This document shows positions 57,702 to 64,000 of a DNA stretch of 64,000 bases, one piece after another; positions within the stretch are counted from its first letter, which is position 1, and each line of letters opens with the position of its first letter. Origin of the DNA: Eledone cirrhosa (lineage: Eukaryota); NCBI GenBank assembly GCA_964016885.1, contig OZ024741.1, positions 378,758,001-378,822,000 on the forward strand, read 5' to 3'. The notes beneath the pieces are model-generated. The model ran no database searches, was not told where the DNA came from, and saw only the letters and a list, made by a program, of their open reading frames with translations. The translations under genes and the position numbers were made by a program.

Positions 57702-59245
57702 TTCATTTATCTTGCTTTATGTTTATACGAGTTATCACCAAGTCACAACCAGTGACCTCAAGAGACAACAAGGTCCGCCATGTTCAAGAAAGAACATACA
57801 TATTCACACATGCATCCTTAGTGTTTAGACTTGTGATGTACTTATATTGACAGGATCTTCCTTAGTATATGGGCAGTTCCCATTAGTACTATCTTTTGTA
57901 TTTCTCCTATACGCGGGTTTCCTGGGATTTGCGATAAGTAGTCGTTAGACCCCTTAGGTATCATTCCCAGAGCGCCTACAACCACTGGTATTGTTTTAGT
58001 TCTCAATTTCCACATTTTTCCAATTTCTATCTCCAGGTCCTTATACTTGCTCAATTTTTCAAATGTTTTTATTGATACATTCTTGTCTATTGGAACAGAC
58101 ATATCAATTAGCAGGCATACCCTCTTTTGAAAGTCCTTCAATATTATATCAGGTCTATTTGCATCTATTTTTCGGTCTGTTTGGATGCTAAAGTTCCACA
58201 AGATTGAGATGTGATCTTTTTCAAGTATGGGAGGTGGTTGATGCTCCCACCAATTCTTTTGATGGGGCAGGTCAAAATGCTTACACATTATCCAATGTAT
58301 GTATTGTGCAGCTCTGTCATGCCTGTTTAGGTATTCGGTCGGAGCTATAGGACTGCACATTGAAATTATATGGTCAATGGTCTCTGGTTGTTTTTTGCAT
58401 ACACGGCATAATGGGCTGCACCCATTTTTTATTATGTTGGCTTGGTAATTTTCTGTTGGCAGACACTGATCTTGTGCGGATATAATCAGTCCTTCAGTCT
58501 CCGATTTCAGACCAGAGGATGCCAACCACTGATGGGTTAAAGTTTTGTCAACATCAGGATTGTTAGCTCGCTCTGGGTATTTTCCATACAGAGGCTTTTC
58601 TTGCCATTTCTTAGCCAGTTTCTGTAGCAGTTCTTTCTTTGCAGTTACTTTTACCTGTTTTGCTTTTTCTGTGTTTTCCATTTCAGCAGTAAATGGGACT
58701 TCTGAAATTTGTAGTCCATTACTGTATCTTTGTGCATCTTTTGTAATGGAATATGATCTTTTGGTGCTTTCGTGTTTCAAAACGAGTTTGATCATCCAAT
58801 CATGTGATTCCCTTAGATATGTGGATAATCCAATTGTTGCAGTTTTCAACGCAATGTCTAACTGGATTAACCCACGTCCTCCTTCTTTCCTAGGGAGATA
58901 TATTCTATCTATGTCTGCCTTAGGGTGATGCATTCTGTGCATGGTTAAGAATTTTCGGATTTTTGTATCGAGCCTACGGATCTCTGTGCTTGACCAGTTG
59001 ATGACATTGTAACTGTAGGTTACTACTGGTATGGCAAGTGTGTTTATGGCATCGATCCTATTCCTTGCATTCAATTCCGTTCTTCAGATTGCTCTGACTC
59101 TGCGGTAACATTCCTTCCTTATCCTTTCCCTCATTGTCGAGTGCTTGATTCCGTCTCCTTCACAAACACCTAGATATTTGTAAGTTTGTTCTTGATCAAG
59201 CTCTCTTATCACGCTCCCCCGATCAAGATTAATGTCTGAACTCTT
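57701..59245 (-). mobile_element. R4/Dong copy 4 (5'-truncated; open C-terminal frame)
   Basis: CRVCKKQPETIDHIISMC, RHD, NRPDIILKD. Confidence 0.93.
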
Positions 59246-59275
59246 ATTATTATTATTATTATTGTTATTGTTATT

Positions 59276-60869
<1,594 letters not shown>

Positions 60870-63800
60870 GGTGACCTATATAATAAATCGTATTATCGTG
60901 AGCTCCGCAAAGGTTTGTTATTTTCTGTTGTTTAAAATTGCCATTTATGGAAAATGTTTATTGTTAACTGTATATAAGTGCACATACATTGTTTTCTGAA
61001 AAGGGCACTCAAAAAGATTGGGGTCTTGAGCCAAAAATTTAAACTTTTATAATTATCAAACAAAAATGATTCTTTGAAAAAAATCATGGACAACTCAGAG
61101 TCTCACCTTCCTCACAAACTAACACCTCACACCGACACCACCATTGTAAATATTACTATGTTTACCAACACTAAAAATATAAGCAGTAGCAATATTTTTA
61201 ATTTGTCTCATGCAGACATTCATTTCCCGCCATTACTAATGACTGCAGGTGTTGAAGCCGCCACCACCACCACCACCACAGCGACAACAGAAACAAAAGA
61301 AAGAAAGAAATTATCTCGTGGCATCGAAATGAACTCTTCCGCACTGAACACCACTGACGCTACCACCACCACAACTGAAACTAAAATTAACAATAACAAA
61401 AATAACGATAACAACAACAGCAAAAACAACAATGAGAATAAGAAAACCGCCCAGTCTTTTGCCAGAGTAGCAAAAAAGTGCGAAGCAATGAAGGTAACTC
61501 AGGAGGAATTAGAAGAAGCCAACAGAATGGTAAAGAAAGATGGGTACAGGGTCAGCCTCACCCCCACCCCACCCAACTCATAAAATGGAGCATCGGCGCC
61601 TATGCACCTTGTCTTATCGGACGATTAACATAAAATCGCGGTGTGTAGAACGGTTATCAGAGTCCCAAATCCAAATGTTTGCGACGTGTGTGGGCAAAAA
61701 AAACCCACATCAGACGTGTGCAGAAATATGGAATCGTAGACGTGTTCTTTGGAAAACCACAGGAGGCCAGATAACACTCCATGGCCCAGTTAAGGAGTGA
61801 CGACTTCACACTCGTCCCAAGCTATTGTGGCCAGAGATCCGTGAAGATCAGGGTGACCCACGTTCCACCGGCTATTGACATTCCCTGGCTAATGGCTGCC
61901 GTCCTCGCCGGCATCGAGGCCAACATGAAGATAATCGAAATAGCGACAGAAAAGCAGGAGAACTGTCCGCATCTGGGATGGAGCACCTGATCCAAGCGGA
62001 CCAAAAAAACATTGACGAAATTCCAGAAGTAATAGACCTCACTGACGGCAGCCAACTCACCGTTATCGTCGAGCGCAGAAGGCCTGGGTGTGTCGTTTGT
62101 GGTGAAGGAACCCACCTACGGGCTTTCTGCCATCAGGCTAAAAGGTTGAGGCCACCTCTCTTACCCACCCCAGTGACTCAACTATCAACACCACCAGCAG
62201 CATAAATGGCAGCAACAACAGAAGCCACCATCCACACCAGCATCACCAAACCCATCACCACAAATACCAACACCATCACCGTCATTAACTCCAACACCAC
62301 CATCACCAACACCACAAAAGTCATCAAAAAGCGTAACAGAAACAAACCCACAACAAACGCAAACAAAACAAAACAACCAAAACGACACTGAAACAAAAAT
62401 TCCCCAAAGATATCGGAGACTTCCGACAAACACTCTCCAGGACGATTTATAAGGACATCCTTCTGGAGGAGGCCACAAGCAGTGAAAAGGATGGACAAAC
62501 CATCCTTCCTCTACGAGAAGTAAGGTAAGTGGTCTTTCCCATCTTTTCCACTCCATTTCAACATGACCTCACTCAGAATAGGCAGCATAAATGCGCGTGG
62601 CTTGGGGTCGTCATGGAAGCAGGGCCACCTCCTCAACGACCTCAGGACACTAAACATAGATGTAGTGGCCATCAGCGAGACTAGAATCTCCGAAGCACGG
62701 GCCTTCGCACCGATCTTCGGCGGCTACGATGTGTATGCATCTCCTAGCCGTCCGGGATCGGGGGTGGAGTCGCTGTGCTTTTTCGGAGAGGTTTGGATCT
62801 CGCCATACGGGCCATCTTCCTGGAGCCAGAACGTAAGTTGGTGGTGCTGGACGTGACGAGCGGAGACGGGCAAGCTTTCAGGCTAGTGGCCGTCTATGCC
62901 CCGACAGGAGCAGGGCGGCCTGATTGCTTCCGGTGTCTGGAGACCTTTCTTGGAACGTCCCGATCGTTAGTGTTAGTGGGCGACTGCAACGGGATATTAG
63001 ATGCACGCTGGGACAGTGTGGGATCAGCGGATAGGGGAGGAGGGTGTAAGAGCCTCACCACCCTGCTCAGGCGTTTTGAACTGTCTGACAGGTAACGATT
63101 GGATTTCCCGCATGTGCCACTATGGACTTGGACAAATCGCATAGGGTCATCCAGATCATATCTAGATAGAGTATTTTGTAGGGAAATAGATAGGTCTAGC
63201 ATAGGCTGTCCACAATTTATGATAGTCAGCTACTCGGACCACAAATTATTAATCTGTGTGCTTGACTTAGACGGGATGTATAGACGAGGACCCGGCTACT
63301 GGAAGCTAAACGCGTCCATACCAGCGCGCAAGGCCTACAGAGACCGCATTAGCGAACTAGTTAAGCGCGCGTTGACAGAGGCCATAGTCAACAACAAGTG
63401 GTGATTTTCTCTGAAAAAAGCAATTATAATATAGTCCATTAGGTTCAGTAAGGCTTTAGCAATAGAGAAAAATAGAGCAGAAGAAGAATTAGTTAGAAAA
63501 TTAGACGAGGCGCTTAGCAAAGGCATCGCGACCGACGTACTTGCGGCGAAATTGGTCCTTGACCAATTCTTCAAGGCAAAGCACGAAGGCTGCGTTGTCA
63601 GAGCTAGGGTGCGTGCTCTCAGACACGAGGGGACGAAAGTCGTTCAATGGGCCCGAGTGGCGGAGGCGCGTCGTGGCAACAAAGACACGATCCGGTTTAG
63701 GTGGACCACGACGGGCGCATGCTACTCGATCCCGGGCAAATGTGTGAAGCTTTTCAGCGACACTTCGCTCAGCTGTTCGGGGGCAGCGGCAGGCCGCATC

Positions 63801-64000
63801 GAGGGATGGATTTTAGTGTCTACCTCGAAGGACTGCCGCAGCTCTCGGCCACTGAGGCAGAGTTTTGCGAAAAGTGGATAACAGCCGGTGAAGTACGGGA
63901 GTAAATGACTAGCTGCACAAGGGGTAAATCGCCTGGTTTGGATGGTCTGGCCTATGAACTTTACTTACAGATGCCATACTTGTTCGGAGGCCTCTTGGCG
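60870..64000 (+). mobile_element. Tx1/L1-clade LINE copy 2, running off the window
   Basis: ORF1 with CVVCGEGTHLRAFC; ORF2 from 62563 with VYAP, GDCN, YLDR, SDH, GYWKLN, KSPGLDG; stops and frameshifts present. Confidence 0.9.

Overview
AT-rich, microsatellite-dense eukaryotic DNA that is almost entirely transposon-derived. A cephalopod (Octopus-like) source is inferred from the SINE sequences and repeat content. I found no supportable host gene. From 1 to 43.5 kb there are many Penelope-like elements (PLEs; Neptune-type and Naiad-type with a CxCx5C finger) inserted in (TA)n. Seven of these insertions are head-to-head palindromes with arms of 54 bp to 2 kb, and only one arm of each carries a short extra 3' tail. 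Four non-coding tandem repeats carry one hammerhead ribozyme (HHR) per unit and resemble retrozymes. About ten distinct HHR families can be folded by eye, many with variant cores (U3-A8, GCAA, U.U closing pair, large branched stem II). This half also has two deleted Helitrons (one sits exactly inside an HHR), RTE derivatives, SINEs and a tRNA-like inverted duplication. From 44 to 64 kb there is a contiguous array of R4/Dong (RLE endonuclease, all minus strand) and Tx1/L1 (APE endonuclease, all plus strand) LINEs, each bounded by (TAA)n. All structures were folded and aligned by eye; boundaries are approximate to a few bases.
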